A DNA stretch of 63,858 nt, filler included, from Collodictyon triciliatum (GCA_043381765.1; 5 parts of 5 records of this genome joined end to end with filler, not necessarily neighbours in it), one strand, 5' to 3'; counted from the whole stretch's first letter, positions 41,501 through 56,449 are shown. A program made the numbers and translations. The notes: generated from the letters alone by a model not told the origin.

Positions 41501-43619
41501 ATGTTGTTTGAAAGTTTTATTACATCGACAATCGACTCTCCGAATAAACCTGTTATGCACTATAAAATATGACTTGCATTAAGTGGCAAAATTTTTGAAA
41601 TTATCACCTCTTGATTTATTGATGCTCACAAATACCTGTATTGTAAGTCCTGTGTTTATATAAGAGTTAGTATATGTAAAAAAAAAATATTGATACATCA
41701 TTGAATGCAATCAAAAATAATAAGTTTAAAATACCAGTTGTGCATATCTTGTGAGCCTTAAATCTAATTTTACGAATATTAGTGTTGATTCCACTTGTTA
41801 CAAAATAATAAAACGTGCCTGTCAATTTCTTCACTGATGTACCTGTCAAATAAAACCAAGTTTTATCAGAATTTTATCGAATTTTTTGAAATTTAATTAT
41901 ATTCATTGAATACAATTATTACTCGAATTTTTCGTCAATTTCGTCCCTTAAATTAGAAATATTCTCTCGAATATTATTGGTAATGACTATTTCTATCAGA
42001 ATTACACAACAGGCTTCCGATTCAAACACCGGATTATCATTGTGTTCTCGGACAATCATATTTATCACAGGCCTGTGGATAATACTTAGTCACTTCGATT
42101 TTTTTTCATAATCATTTAATGTAATAAAGCGAAAGAAATCATTTGATATTTGATAATCACATACTTTGGATATAGATTCGAAAGGAGTGTTCTAGTTCTC
42201 CTCCTGGATTCTGATAGTCTTACTTTCAAGTATTTCATTTTTTCCTGCGAGTAAAACGAGCTATTTTGTTCAAAATCAGAAATTGAAAATGATATTGATC
42301 TTAAAGTAATTTATTAACCTTCTTCTTTGCCTTTCTAAGTCTCTTAAAAGAGATACATTAACAAATGAATTGATGAGCAGTGTGTTCATCGCGCGGTACA
42401 TGGCGGAAAAATTGGCCTTATAGACCAGAAATAGTATGAAAGGGAGAATATTCCCAATTATTGTAATCATTATTTGCCATTCAAAGTATCCTGGAAGTGC
42501 GACTACAAAGACCTTTTCAGATATTTTAGATGTCACAATTATCGCTACTCACAATTTTATGGATAGAATAAACAATTTTTTTATTTAAATAATGACAAAC
42601 CATTATCATAAACTCTATTTCTGCCAATGTTCTGTCTTTCGTAAAAAATATAATTGCAAACGAAAACAAAACAACAGTGATTAGGAACATTAGCCCGTGG
42701 AGTCGAAAGTAATATCTATGAAAATAAAAAGTTGGTTCAAAATAAAATGAAAATGAATGAAAAATTAATCATCGAATATTATCTCAAATATGTATATAAT
42801 TGAAATTGAAAAATACGCACTGTGGCTTTTCATTCGACTTAATTTGGTAAGAAAAGAAAAACATTACGGAGAAAACTGCGCAGCATGTTGATACTGTACA
42901 GTATAAAATCATGCCTGATTCATTCTCTCTGAGCATCCTACGGTTTTGAATAATGTTTTTATTATTCTTTAAATTTTGTACAATATGGTGGGCGATATAG
43001 AATGAAATTATTTTACCACTTTCAAAATATAGCTGCAGCGTAATAATGAATTAACAATTACCGATAATATGCCATAGTTGCGGAATACATCGATGCTATA
43101 AAGGAAAAAACGAGCGCTATCAGCGAAGAAACTCTTGATAAGCCTAATTCGTAAGTTTTTTCCATTTCCCCATTAACAAACCTGCAAAAAGGAATCAAGT
43201 AAGTGAAAATGTAAATGATATAAGGCACCATATCAACTCAAATGTCACCGTCAGAGCCAACATTTCCACCATCCCGCACAAAATTGAAAGGAAGAATTTA
43301 AAAAAAAACTCAAATGTCACCGCATAGTCCTCGCGTTTAATTGGAATATAGGAAATTGGCTTTCTAAGCCATCATTTCTTTCAATTTCATTGATAATCTC
43401 TGCTAGATTCTCATGTCCGTCATGGATTACTGCTCCATTTTCGTCGTGTCCAACCGTTTGATATTGGGAAAGTTCGTCTGAAAAAGATGAGGAATCAACT
43501 GGTTTTTTTCCTTTCAAGGAACGAACATGCATCCGTAGAAGCTTTCCATATCTCTTGGCTTCTGTGTATTGGATTCGGCTCCCCCTGGACGCTACCGACG
43601 ACTCGCTTTTTGGAGGCAT
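38550..43619 (-). CDS. Transmembrane class III nucleotide cyclase-like protein (TM-C1-TM-C2), catalytically degenerate
   Basis: Two RFx(N/S)xxxExxY pre-TM motifs, two TM bundles, helical LLSNLYPK and LLKSTLP, and a cyclase-fold sequence CCVILIEIV..AHKICTTG..CITGL..VRIGIGYGRVKGSMI..FSILGE..EICISD. Confidence 0.7.
40809..40830 (-). mobile_element. 22-nt micro-retroposon, family A, intronic, 16-bp TSD
   Basis: T4-CCTTTATTCGATTCAAAG flanked by perfect AATTTTTGAAATATTT at 40793-40808 and 40831-40846. Confidence 0.88.
41413..41435 (+). mobile_element. Degenerate family A micro-insertion, intronic
   Basis: CCTTGAATCGAATAATGGAAAAA has 2 mismatches to the consensus; no clean TSD. Confidence 0.55.
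43251..43306 (+). mobile_element. 56-nt poly(A) retroposed insertion, family B, 16-bp TSD
   Basis: Insert ending ...CCATCCCGCACAAAATTGAAAGGAAGAATTT-An flanked by perfect AACTCAAATGTCACCG at 43235-43250 and 43307-43322. Confidence 0.9.
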
Positions 43620-44134
43620 GATTGCCTGTGTCCTTTGCCTTGCCTAAGAATTTTATTAAACGCTTTGGTCAGACTCCCAATATGCAGCTCCTTTCTATCC
43701 CCAAAAAAGTGTGTTATTCATTAGTCTCTGACAGTTTTCCTGTTGCTCGCTAAGAGATACTGTGGATCGCTCTGCTCATGTTGACGTTGTTGAGTTCATG
43801 TTTTTGTTCCAATTCATTTTTGTGCTGTTCTTTGTCTTCTGTGCTCGGAAATTTTGTTTTTTAAGTGGAATGACACATTAGAATTTCTTGTCTCAGTTTT
43901 CTATGAAAGTGGATATGTGTGGAAAATAAATTTGCAGAGTGCAAGAAGCATTTCTGATTCTATTGCGGCAGCGGGTGGCGACATGTTCTGTTTTAAATCC
44001 TTCACAAGGCCATCCAACTTCTCTTCTCTTCTTTTCTTTTCTTTTCTTTTCTTTTCTTTTCTTTTCTTTTCTTTTCTTTTCTTTTCTTTTCTTTTCTTTT
44101 CTTTTCTTTTCTTTTTTCTTTTCTTTTCTTTTCT

Positions 44135-44234
44135 NNNNNNNNNNNNNNNNNNNNNNNNNNNNNNNNNNNNNNNNNNNNTTAATTAATTAANNNNNNNNNN
44201 NNNNNNNNNNNNNNNNNNNNNNNNNNNNNNNNNN
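44135..44234. other. Artificial contig-join linker
   Basis: N-TTAATTAATTAA-N, 100 nt. Confidence 0.97.
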
Positions 44235-44268
<34 letters not shown>

Positions 44269-44323
44269 TCTTAAAAAAATATCTTTCCTTTACGCCCAAA
44301 CTCATGTATACTTAATTTTGCAG

Positions 44324-44446
44324 GCGTTTGGCCACGTTTGTCCTGAAGGTGCAAAGGCCATCGAAAGTATAGGGAAGTTTGCTGGGCGATATTTCGGGCG
44401 AGAATCAAAACCGACGCCTGAAGCAACACCCCCTTCAAAATTGTAA
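44324..44446 (+). CDS. Terminal exon of an upstream gene (possibly an alpha/beta-hydrolase C-terminus)
   Basis: ttgcag acceptor followed by AFGHVCPEGAKAIESIGKFAGRYF...stop. Confidence 0.3.
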   Translation, partial: AFGHVCPEGAKAIESIGKFAGRYFGRESKPTPEATPPSKL

Positions 44447-44959
44447 CCCGAGTTCCATTATCCAAACTCAGCTTTTTTTTGTTTTTTGTTTTTTTTTATA
44501 TCGATATACACTTAACATTAAGTATGTATTGGTATCATTCTTTATATTTGCAGCGTGTATTAAACCGCGAATGCTTTTTGTCATCCCTTTATCTTCTGGC
44601 CTGACCAACATCCAATGAACCACACAAACAAAATAAAGACAAGGTTTTGTGGTTGCCAAGTACAAATGCGAATGAAACCAAACGCACAGAAATGACGATA
44701 CGGCAAAGCCTGCGTAGTTTCCCTTTAATTCCACAAAAGATTATATTTTGATCATACTTTTTTTGTCATGACTTAGCGCATTCAAAGGAGATTCATTTTC
44801 GTCATTTTCCTTCTTTTCCATTTCTTTTGTTGTCAAGACGGCGATCAAAGCCAAGTAGTCCTGTCAAACAAGCTGAACGGCACAATGTCTTCGCGAAAGG
44901 TCTCTGTCTGATCCCACCCAAAGAGGGCGCTTTGAATCGCTGAATCGTGCCCATTTAGA

Positions 44960-46376
44960 ATGAGTCGACGAGGTGGAAAAGAACGCGGGAAAGGTAAAGA
45001 ACGCGATAAGGCGGATTCTGANNNNNNNNNNNNNNNNNNNNNNNNNNNNNNNNNNNNNNNNNNNNNNNNNNNNNNNNNNNNNNNNNNNNNNNNNNNNNNN
45101 NNNNNNNNNNNNNNNNNNNNNNNNNNNNNNNNNNNNNNNNNNNNNNNNNNNNNNNNNNNNNNNNNNNNNNNNNNNNNNNNNNNNNNNNNNNNNNNNNNNN
45201 NNNNNNNNNNNNNNNNNNNNNNNNNNNNNNNNNNNNNNNNNNNNNNNNNNNNNNNNNNNNNNNNNNNNNNNNNNNNNNNNNNNNNNNNNNNNNNNNNNNN
45301 NNNNNNNNNNNNNNNNNNNNNNNNNNNNNNNNNNNNNNNNNNNNNNNNNNNNNNNNNNNNNNNNNNNNNNNNNNNNNNNNNNNNNNNNNNNNNNNNNNNN
45401 NNNNNNNNNNNNNNNNNNNNNNNNNNNNNNNNNNNNNNNNNNNNNNNNNNNNNNNNNNNNNNNNNNNNNNNNNNGAGCTGGTTTGTTTTCGTTCTTACTT
45501 CCTCTCGAACTGAGTAGAACGTCTGTATTTCCTGTAAATAGAATACATTAAATGAAAGAATCAATATATATTCTCCTGTTCATTTATTTCCGATTGGATA
45601 GATATTTCTGCAATAGATAGCAACGGACTTTCTGCTTTGCATATTGCGTCAATTTACGGATTTGCCCCATGTATAAACGTATGTAAGAAACTTTTATTTT
45701 CCCCATTCCATGGCTCCGTCGAATGATAATGATATTGAAAGGTATTGAAGATCAAGTTTGTGCATAACGCGAATATAAAAACCAGGTGCTTCTGGCGAGC
45801 GGGGCAGATCCAAACATGTCCGACCCTGTGCACCAGCGAACCCCAGTTTTCCTAGCGGCGCTTCATAATCACGCGAATTGTGTATGTAATACCAACATTT
45901 CAAAAATACTACATTCATATTATTCTCCTTTTTAAAAGAAAAAACACAAAAATAAAAGAGGAATACGGCTGTGTATGAAAAGATCGGCTCGTTGTCGACA
46001 TTCTTAACCATTTCTCCATTATTTTTTTTTGAGAGAAGATGTATTTGGATGGCCCCGCTACGATTATAGTCTTTAGAACTCAGTCATCTCTATTTGATCT
46101 TGCCAGGTTCGCAGCCTCCTCATGGGTGGCGCTGACCCGATGAAACCGTGCGACTCTGGAGAGACTGTACTTGATAAGTGTAAATCTACACAGATACGGG
46201 GATTGATAGAAGGTTTGTCTGTTATTATCGATGGCTGCTTGGATGTTGGCTATTGTAACTGGCTATTTTCTTCCTCAGCCATCTATTCATGCAACCCAAC
46301 TAATTCCGATGGATTCTTTTTCTATTTCACATTCTCAGATTACATCAAATCGAAAGCTGCCCAAGAGCCGCAATAG
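44960..46376 (+). CDS. Ankyrin repeat protein (spans an N gap)
   Basis: Exons NGLSALHIASIYGFAPCI, VLLASGADPNMSDPVHQRTPVFLAALHNHANC and VRSLLMGGADPMKPCDSGETVLD. The start is uncertain. Confidence 0.8.
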
Positions 46377-46674
46377 CCTATTTCTTTTTTTCTATCTATC
46401 ATTACGCAGTATATACCAGGGGGTGTCTAGTCACAGAACTAGCAGCAAAAGCGAAAACTGTAGATATGCTCGAGAATCTATTTAATAGCACAGGAAATCA
46501 ATATCTATCCGCAACAAACAAAGATGTCTGTATCGAATGAATAAACCCCCGCTTCGTTAGCGTCGACAATATCCCATGAGGGACACTTCTTTCTGATTTT
46601 GTGATATCATCCCCACTCATTTATTGCGTGAGGCTTGTTAAGTGATGCTGCTGGATAGAGACCCCTTTGTTTGT

Positions 46675-48569
<1,895 letters not shown>

Positions 48570-49460
48570 CGGTTCTAGTTTGCTATGGGCGAGAGGGAAG
48601 CGTTTGTTACAACTCACAACCGACGCGAAACACAATGCCAGAAAGACTGATAGACAATGAGGCAAAAGAAGCCGGGCGACTCGCATACAGGGCCAGTCTT
48701 TCGTTCAGCTCTCTCAATCCTTGATTTGCTTCATTTCAGTAGAAAATAACGTGATAAAGGAAACAAGACAGTTAAAAAGAAAAAGAGGAAAGGAAAGGAG
48801 AGGAAAGAAGAGCTTGGTAGGAAATCAGTCGCGCAAGTCTGCCCCATTCCAGGAGTGCGATAATGAAGAAGGAAGTCGGGTGTCCTTCACAAGACCGAAT
48901 GAATGTGTTTGCTTTGTGTTTTTGAGAAGTGCGTTTCGCGCATTCCGCTTGCGGGCGGACACAAACCACAACTCAGGCTAGACACAAATCGTTTGTTGCG
49001 CGCAGTCTCGTCTTTGGGAATTCATTCTGTTTGTGTCCCCACACAAGGATAACGCAGGCAACAAACCCGCCAGTGCGGCTTCTGTCACGTATGCCATTCT
49101 TGTTTGGAGCGCCATCAGTCTCGTTCGGCCGCTTTGCTCAGAGTCAAAGCCGTGTTGTTGAATCGTGGGTATGTGGTGTCTGTGTGGGTTCTGCCAGTCG
49201 CTTGCGTGTGAATGCGTAGTGTTGTCGTGTGATGCAAGCAAGTGCGTTTTGCTACATATTGGGTGTGATCGATGCAATAAAAAAAGAATCCAATAGGATT
49301 ATGAATTGGTGCTTATGTATAAATCATATTCCTGAGCGTAAATTGTAAATAGATATATTTTCCAGATTAGAATAGACCATCCTTTTGTGGGGAGTTTACA
49401 CTAATTTGGAGTCTTAGGGCGGAGTGTTCGCAGGCGTTTATTGCGCAGACATCTCAGGGC

Positions 49461-52400
49461 TTACGAGAGGCGGGCGTATGTGGCGGTAGATGCAAGGACG
49501 ACCTGTGTGATGAGGCGCAGCTGCGGGAAGCTGAAGTCACTGCGGTTGGTGACATCTCCAGTTTGGTGACTATATTAATAGTTAGCATTATAATTATCCG
49601 TTAGAATGGAAATAGTTGGGCCGTAACTGATGGGACTGAAACACTTACTACTGCGGGTCGACTGTATAACCTGAAGATAGATTTATCTGGTTAGAGCGAA
49701 TCAAAAGGGAAGCAGAGACATAGGTTCTGTTGACATGGTGAGGTGGGGGTGGGATGAAACTTGTACCTCCAGCCTCAACCACAGCAACGGCAGGGTAGCC
49801 GATCTCGTAGAAGGACTGTTGGTCGGAGCAGCAGGCACTGGAGTAGCCGAGGCTGAGTTCAGGGACGTAGATGGATGCGATGTTGAGCACGTCCTCGTTG
49901 AGCCAGGTGGTGCTGTAGCGCTCAATCATTTCCATCTGCAAACATTGTGATTCAGAAAGAAAAAAGGGAGAGGCAAAAAAAAAAAAAAAAAAAAAAAAAG
50001 ACTTAGAAAGAGCGGTCGATATAGGCCCATAGAACTTATTCATAGACATCTCCAAAGTCAATTTTTCTTACACGAAGCGGGTTGGTCAGGAAGCGGTGGG
50101 CAATCATGTCACTTTGGAACATGGCGATCACGTCAACCTTTGTGTATTATTACACGTTAGGATGTGCGCTATTGGATTATATTTCTCATAGAGTAGTAAA
50201 AGAAAAAAGAGAAATAGCTGGAATGAAATAAGAAATTGAATAATGCCAGTTTTCATGGAAGCACTATGATGCTACGTTTCACAGAAAAGGAATGCATAAA
50301 GTGGACTAACTCCATTGCTCTTGAGGGATTGAGCATATGCTCGAGAGCCGTAGAGCCCTTGTTCCTCCCCTGATTAATGAAAGAAAAGTAACGTACAACG
50401 TGAAAAGTTGCAAAAATAAAATAAAATAAAATATCACAATACAATGCAATACAATTTAACAAGCAAAAAAGAGCCGCCATACCTGAGAATGCGCAAATGT
50501 AAACGGAGTAGGCAAAGTTGGCGGATTTCTGGCGGATGACACGAGCTATTTCGACGATGGCAGCTGTCCCAGAACCATCATCGTTCGCTCCAGGAGCACG
50601 GACATAGGGGTCGTTGATGTTTGCAGAGCGATCATCATAATGAGCTATGCATGGTCCCCACAATTTCATAAAAAAAAGAAAAAGAAAGAAATGATTGGTG
50701 GCTCGAATATTTGCAAGACAAGGATTGAATTATTACCAACTGGTCATATGATATCAAATGAAATATAATATATCATCACGTTAAAAAATATATCCAGAAT
50801 CTATATACATATGAATAAAGCACTTCCCTGATGCTTCGAAAAAAAAATTATTCGTAGAATTTAAACAAACCTCCAACAACAACAACACGCGAAGGGTCGA
50901 CGCGGCCATAAATCTTGGCTATGACAACATCGGTATAGTTCTGGCGGAAGGAGAACGTGCTAACATCGAATCCGAGAGACTTGAATTTTTCGACAAGGAA
51001 CGCCGTAGCCTATAAAGTAAATTTGTTCCAGAGGTTGTAAGTAATGAATGAACAAGAGGTCTATTTTCGACTCCTTATTACCGAGGATGTCGCATGTTAA
51101 AAGTAAGATATATTCATATATCCCACCAGAAATATTGGAGATCATATTCGTTCACCTGAATGGTGTCACTAGCCCAGGCAAGTCGAGTATTAAACCCGTT
51201 CGTCAGTTGGTCCAAAAAGATGCGCTGCGTATTATTTGTTTATTTTTCCATTGTTTACTAATTATTATGAGTAGTAAATGACTTAAGAAGAAGGAAGAAT
51301 AGCATGCATTAAGGTTGACAAGTAGAATAAGAGAATCACTTGTTCGGACTCAGAGACACCATTAACCAGATCCTGAATGGCATCATTCTTGGCGATGGGA
51401 CGGACTGGAGACACAAAGGTCTTGGTATCCTCTTTGTTAGCGATAATACTCTCTGGTGAGATAACAACTATATCACATGTCGACGGTACGAATGTGCTGA
51501 ACTAAAATGTAGAAGGATATGGTAAGAACTTCAACTTTCTTGTATTGAAGTCCCTGATTATTTTATAACCAACAAAACTATATAAACCTTCTCCACGCTT
51601 CCACGAACACGGACGAAAGCAAAGCGGTCTGATTGATAGACAAACTCGGCATCAACTTCCTATAAGGTGACAAGATATGTAATTTTAAATACATGGTCCA
51701 AAAACTGAATTCTCGTGATGGCGACCAGATGGGGAAAAAAAAAAAAAGAGATAAACATGTCAATATAATAAATCATAGTCAGGCACCAAGAAGCGAATGG
51801 AGAAGATTGCAAGGTCAGATGCATTTTGGCAATCCACAGTGAAGAGAGCACTGAAGTCAATGGGCTCCACAGGTAGGGTTTCAAGACCCTCATACACGGT
51901 AAGAGCAAGGTCGGCCTATAGATGATGTCTTAGTCATCCAACCACCCCAAAGTTATGCAAAAACATCCTCCATAAATATTCCCTCGAACATGGAAAAGAA
52001 AAATAACGAATGTAACAATACGACGTGGTGAGATAAGTTTGTAATAAAAGCACATGTGTGGTTCGATATACACTTTTGGACTATTCAAAAAAGTGAGAGA
52101 ACCTGGACTTTGGTTGCTCGAGCAAGGACAGACATAGAGGCATCCGATTCATACACAACAGCGTGCACAGCAAGGCTGTCAGTGACAGAGGGTACATTTC
52201 CTACAAAATGACTGATTCATTCATCTGCCAGGAGAGAGTAAACAGACAATAAACAATACAAACGAAGTAGAAGATTAAAGGCTCCAGATAAACTAGAGAA
52301 GGTCGGGACGAAAAATCTGAAAAAACATATTGAGCTTCCTTCGAATTCTTTAATTGTCGTTTTGTTGAACTGATCATAGTCTGTGTCTCAACAATCTCAG

Positions 52401-52937
52401 TCTTTTACCAAGAGATGTCAAAGCACATAAGCATGAGTCATATTTAGTACTGCATCTAACGTAACACATCATAAAACCCATACAATACTCCGATATCGCC
52501 AAGATTGACTCCAGGAAAACATAAGAAATTAGAAGGAAAAAGGAAAACAGAAAAAAGGAAAAGAAAAAAGAAAAATGAAAAAAGGAAAAGAAAAAGGAAA
52601 AGAAAAAGAAAAAGAAAAAGAAAAAGAAAAAGAAAAAGAAAAAGAAAAAGAAAAAGAAAAAGAAAAGAAAAAGAAAAAGAAAAAGAAAAGAAAAAAGAAA
52701 AAAAAGAAAAAGAAAAAAGAAAAAAGAAAAATGAAAAATGAAAAAGAAAAATGGAAATGAAAAAAGGAAAAGAAAAAAGAAAAAAGAAAAAAGAAAATTA
52801 GCAGATTCACCTTTGGGGATTTTTGTGAGGACGAGCCAGATCTCAGGAAGCCCAGAGTCCTTCAGAGAGACGGGCAGAGCGATGCTCATGCCGACGACGG
52901 CAAACAAGAAGAAAGCAGCAAACAAAGTGCGTTGCAT
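49461..52937 (-). CDS. Secreted M28 family aminopeptidase, multi-exon
   Basis: Signal peptide; VVVGAHYDD, APGANDDGSG, FSGEEQGLYGS, QSDM, CCSDQQSF and DPQYHQTGD motifs. Confidence 0.93.
52535..52797. repeat. (GAAAAA)n-type intronic repeat
   Basis: Direct reading. Confidence 0.95.
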
Positions 52938-53284
52938 CTCCCTACAGAATCTTTCTTAGTTGCCCCGCCGATCGTGTGTGTTGCTGTTGTTGTTCGCGAA
53001 GGATATCCATTTTCCTGATAATCAATGGCAATACTTAACGCGGAGAAAGGCTTCGTGTATATTGGCATACAATGAAAACAAAGCATGAAACATTCATTGG
53101 AAATGATCTTTAATGGAAATAAAGCCAATACTTTTTGCACAGCACCAATTATGGAGTGTAAGCGAATTGAATAAACATGACTTCCTGTTGTGGGATGGTT
53201 AGTCAGGTGGCTTGCTTAATTCGTGGCTTTGCTTCTCGATACTGCGATTGCGCCGTGCCCATAGAAAGGGAGTGTCAAGATTAT

Positions 53285-53320
53285 TTGAATCGACTAAAGG
53301 AGAGGAGGAAAAATAAATAA
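53285..53320 (+). mobile_element. Older family A micro-insertion with decayed A-tail and degenerate TSD
   Basis: TTGAATCGACTAAAGG + A-rich tail between AGAAAGGGAGTGTCAAGATTAT and AGAAGGGGTGTTAAGATTAT. Confidence 0.65.
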
Positions 53321-53524
53321 AGAAGGGGTGTTAAGATTATGTGAGCAATTTTAGGTGCCTATATACTGCCGTTTAATACAGGTATTTTATTTTTTTGAAT
53401 CTAGTATCGACCAGACGATAAACTAAATCTACAAGGCAAAAATTAAATCCTTCCAAACGACAAAGTCACGCTCCGTCAGGGCGATTTTATTGAAACATGT
53501 TGATAGTTCTCAGGAAATGGATGT

Positions 53525-54747
53525 TCAATCCACCATGCAAAGTTTGAGCTTCTTCTCAAAAGCACGTTTGGCAAACTCATAGAATATAACATCGTTCTTG
53601 TTGACGCGGTAGAACAGCGATTTCTGGGATGACGAAACAGGCTGAAAGCGTATGGTGAAATCACCCCCGACATTTTGACGAATACCATTATATTCCTAGC
53701 ATAAAAAACAAAAACAAAAGTAACAATAAAAGTGAAAAAAATCAAACGAAGCGGCAAAATAAAATGGGAGTCAGGTTGTGGGTAATCAGGACTTAAATAG
53801 TTATGTGAACCTCATAGAGTAGCATATGTTTTTTTTTTATCTGTACATTACTTTATCAACCATTCGATAAAAGTGTTTCGTACCTTTGTGAAAAAATCTG
53901 GAAAAATTTTCCTCAAAACCTGTGCTGTTTGATTTATATTTTCTGTTGTGCCGACGACGCTGTATGACTCTACCAATCGGACTTTGGATATGTATAGAGA
54001 CGTATCGTTTCTTGCCTTGCATTCAGATTGGTGGCCGCAAAGATATGTCATTTGCTCATTAACAAGATAGTTCATCATGTCTTCGAATGTGGAGTTACAC
54101 AGTTGCCCAAACACTCGGCATTGAAAAGCCCTGAAGGATAGAAATCTACTGAGTGGCTCACGAACAATATTGATGTAAGAGATGTCCCCAAAACCTGTGG
54201 TACTATGGTGGGCATTGGTGGGGAAATATGAGTAGAACGAAGTATGGCTATCAAATATTGCTGGTTTCATTTGGAGCATTTCGTTTCTCCTAACATCCGC
54301 CTCCTCTTTCGTTATATACATGGCATAAGGGTCCGCTATGGGGTGATTTTGGGTGTTTGGGGGGATGTGGGAATACGTATGCTTTCTGAATGGCTTTGGA
54401 CCGTCTGTAGACTTTAGAGAGTTTTCCTCGATGTACTTTAACATAGAAGAAGAGCCACATTTTGGGACTCGATTGTAATATATGATTGATGGGTGCTCAG
54501 GTTTGCAATTAGCTATCTGTCGAATTAACTCGTTATCGCTCAACATGGGTTGAGATAAGTCCACGTCCCCAGTATGAGGATTTATGAGAGGCTTCTTTCG
54601 TACTTTTTTCTGAAGCGTTACGCGATGTGTCCCATGTATATCGATTTTTACTTTTGCTACGGAACCGTACAATGGAGGGTCCGCCCACAACCAGATAGTT
54701 GAAGTAGCTCCAACCAAGAAGAGAATCGGAATTAAGTAAAGCCTCAT
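53525..54747 (-). CDS. Golgi-type sulfotransferase, heparan sulfate/uronyl 2-O-sulfotransferase-like, 2 exons
   Basis: N-terminal TM; 5'-PSB IIYYNRVPKCGSSS; 3'-PB YINIVREPLSRFLS; second exon NKNDVIFYEFAKRAF. Confidence 0.85.
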
Positions 54748-56449
54748 GGGGTGAGTCCTGTTTATAAACTTTTGATTCAAATCGGCAGTTATTACTGAAT
54801 GTCTTGGTTTCCAGTGTTTATTGCTCACAGAAAGAAGGCGAGGATGAAATCCAAGTTAACTAAATAATCATAATAAATGGTCTCAATTTAAATGAACATC
54901 CCAGACGAAGAATGACGATAATCAACCTGGATGGTGCATCAAATGAAATGAAGTATCAAAAATGAAAGGATAGAAAAATATAACCACTAGAGTCAACCGA
55001 AATACTCTGGAATGAATGAGATGGTAACAGAGTCGTATCAATCAAAGACTTGAACTGGTGGGCGATTAGTGAGGTTGGGGGTGTTTTCAAATGTATGCTA
55101 CTGGCTTGGATCTAATCATCCGCAAAGACATATACCTGGTGGCCGCCAATCAAAATAGGCCATGGACAAACTAAAAGAGTCACAGGGCTGCCTCAAACTG
55201 GTTATCAACTATATGCGTCATACATACATTTTCGTGCGCTGACGAACACATGAACGCACAACTTTGTTTATCACGAAAGAAAAAAAGTCCTTGATTGGCA
55301 ACCCAAATAACCTCATAGATAACGCACTATCGGTACTATTTAAAACACGATAACTATCACATCAATTGACAAATTTTCTGTCTGTACGTATATCACCATA
55401 TGGAATGTGCATTAGACCAGCCAGGATTTTCTCTTTTAAAAGTATTTTAGTTTGAGTACCCCCCGACCAGGCAAGCGATTAATGACCTCAAAGACATACC
55501 ATATCCTAAGTAGAAAATAGACAGCCAGTCTATGTTTTCAGCAGTCGGAATAATACACCTACACATTTGATAAAATAAGCCCAAACACGCTGGCTTTATA
55601 GAATATTATCAATAAAATATGTAGGCCCCGACACCATACAGCACTTATTTATCACATACTTTATGTATAAAATAAATTGTTGGGAAATCTGCACGTTCGT
55701 ACTTTATTTTAACTTTAGATACTCTAACTTTCATAAATGCGTATTCGCATCATACGACCGTCGATTGAATTTAGTGAAATATGATATTCCAGATTAAAGG
55801 CACAGTCTCTCAAATCCAAAGACTATTGATAGCTGGCAGAGTGAAATAGGTGCTCAAAAGGTTGTGTTAGTACACTAAAAGCTTCATGAGCCAATCTAAA
55901 CCGGTCCATGGGATGATACAATATTTCTTTTTTAAAAAAATTAAGTAATCAAGTAGATAAAATGCTGTTGAATAATTGCTATGTTGAACAATTACTTCAA
56001 AAAGAAAAGGGAAAAGGGAAAAGGGAAAAGAAGAAAAGAAGAAAAGAAGAAAAGAAGAAAAGAAGAAAAGAAGAAAAGAAGAAAAGAAGAAAAGAAGAAA
56101 AGAAGAAAAGAAGAAAAGAAGAAAAGAAGAAAAGAAGAAAAGAAATGAAAAAGAAAATGAAAAGATCCAGTCAAATTAGGCTTTTCATTAACAAATTTAA
56201 ATCCACTCAAATCCGATTGAATACGACAAGGTTAGAATTTGGCCGGTTTCTAAGTCACTTTATAAGAAATATTCAAAAAGGGAAAAAAACTGCTGCTCAT
56301 TATAGTCGAGTTGATCAAAGGAAAAGAGAGGGCCGTATTGTAATACGATAAAAGAGTATATGTGTAAAATGATGTGTGATGGTGATTCCGATGTATTTTT
56401 CCTCTGAGCTTTGTATGAAGAGAGGAAAAGCGCCATGTTCATTTTAATA

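Noticed and set aside
46100-46160. HDV-like ribozyme resemblance (GCAGCCTCCTC...GGCG)
   Set aside because: P1 and J4/2 do not form, and the stretch is an in-frame ankyrin exon (VRSLLMGGADP).
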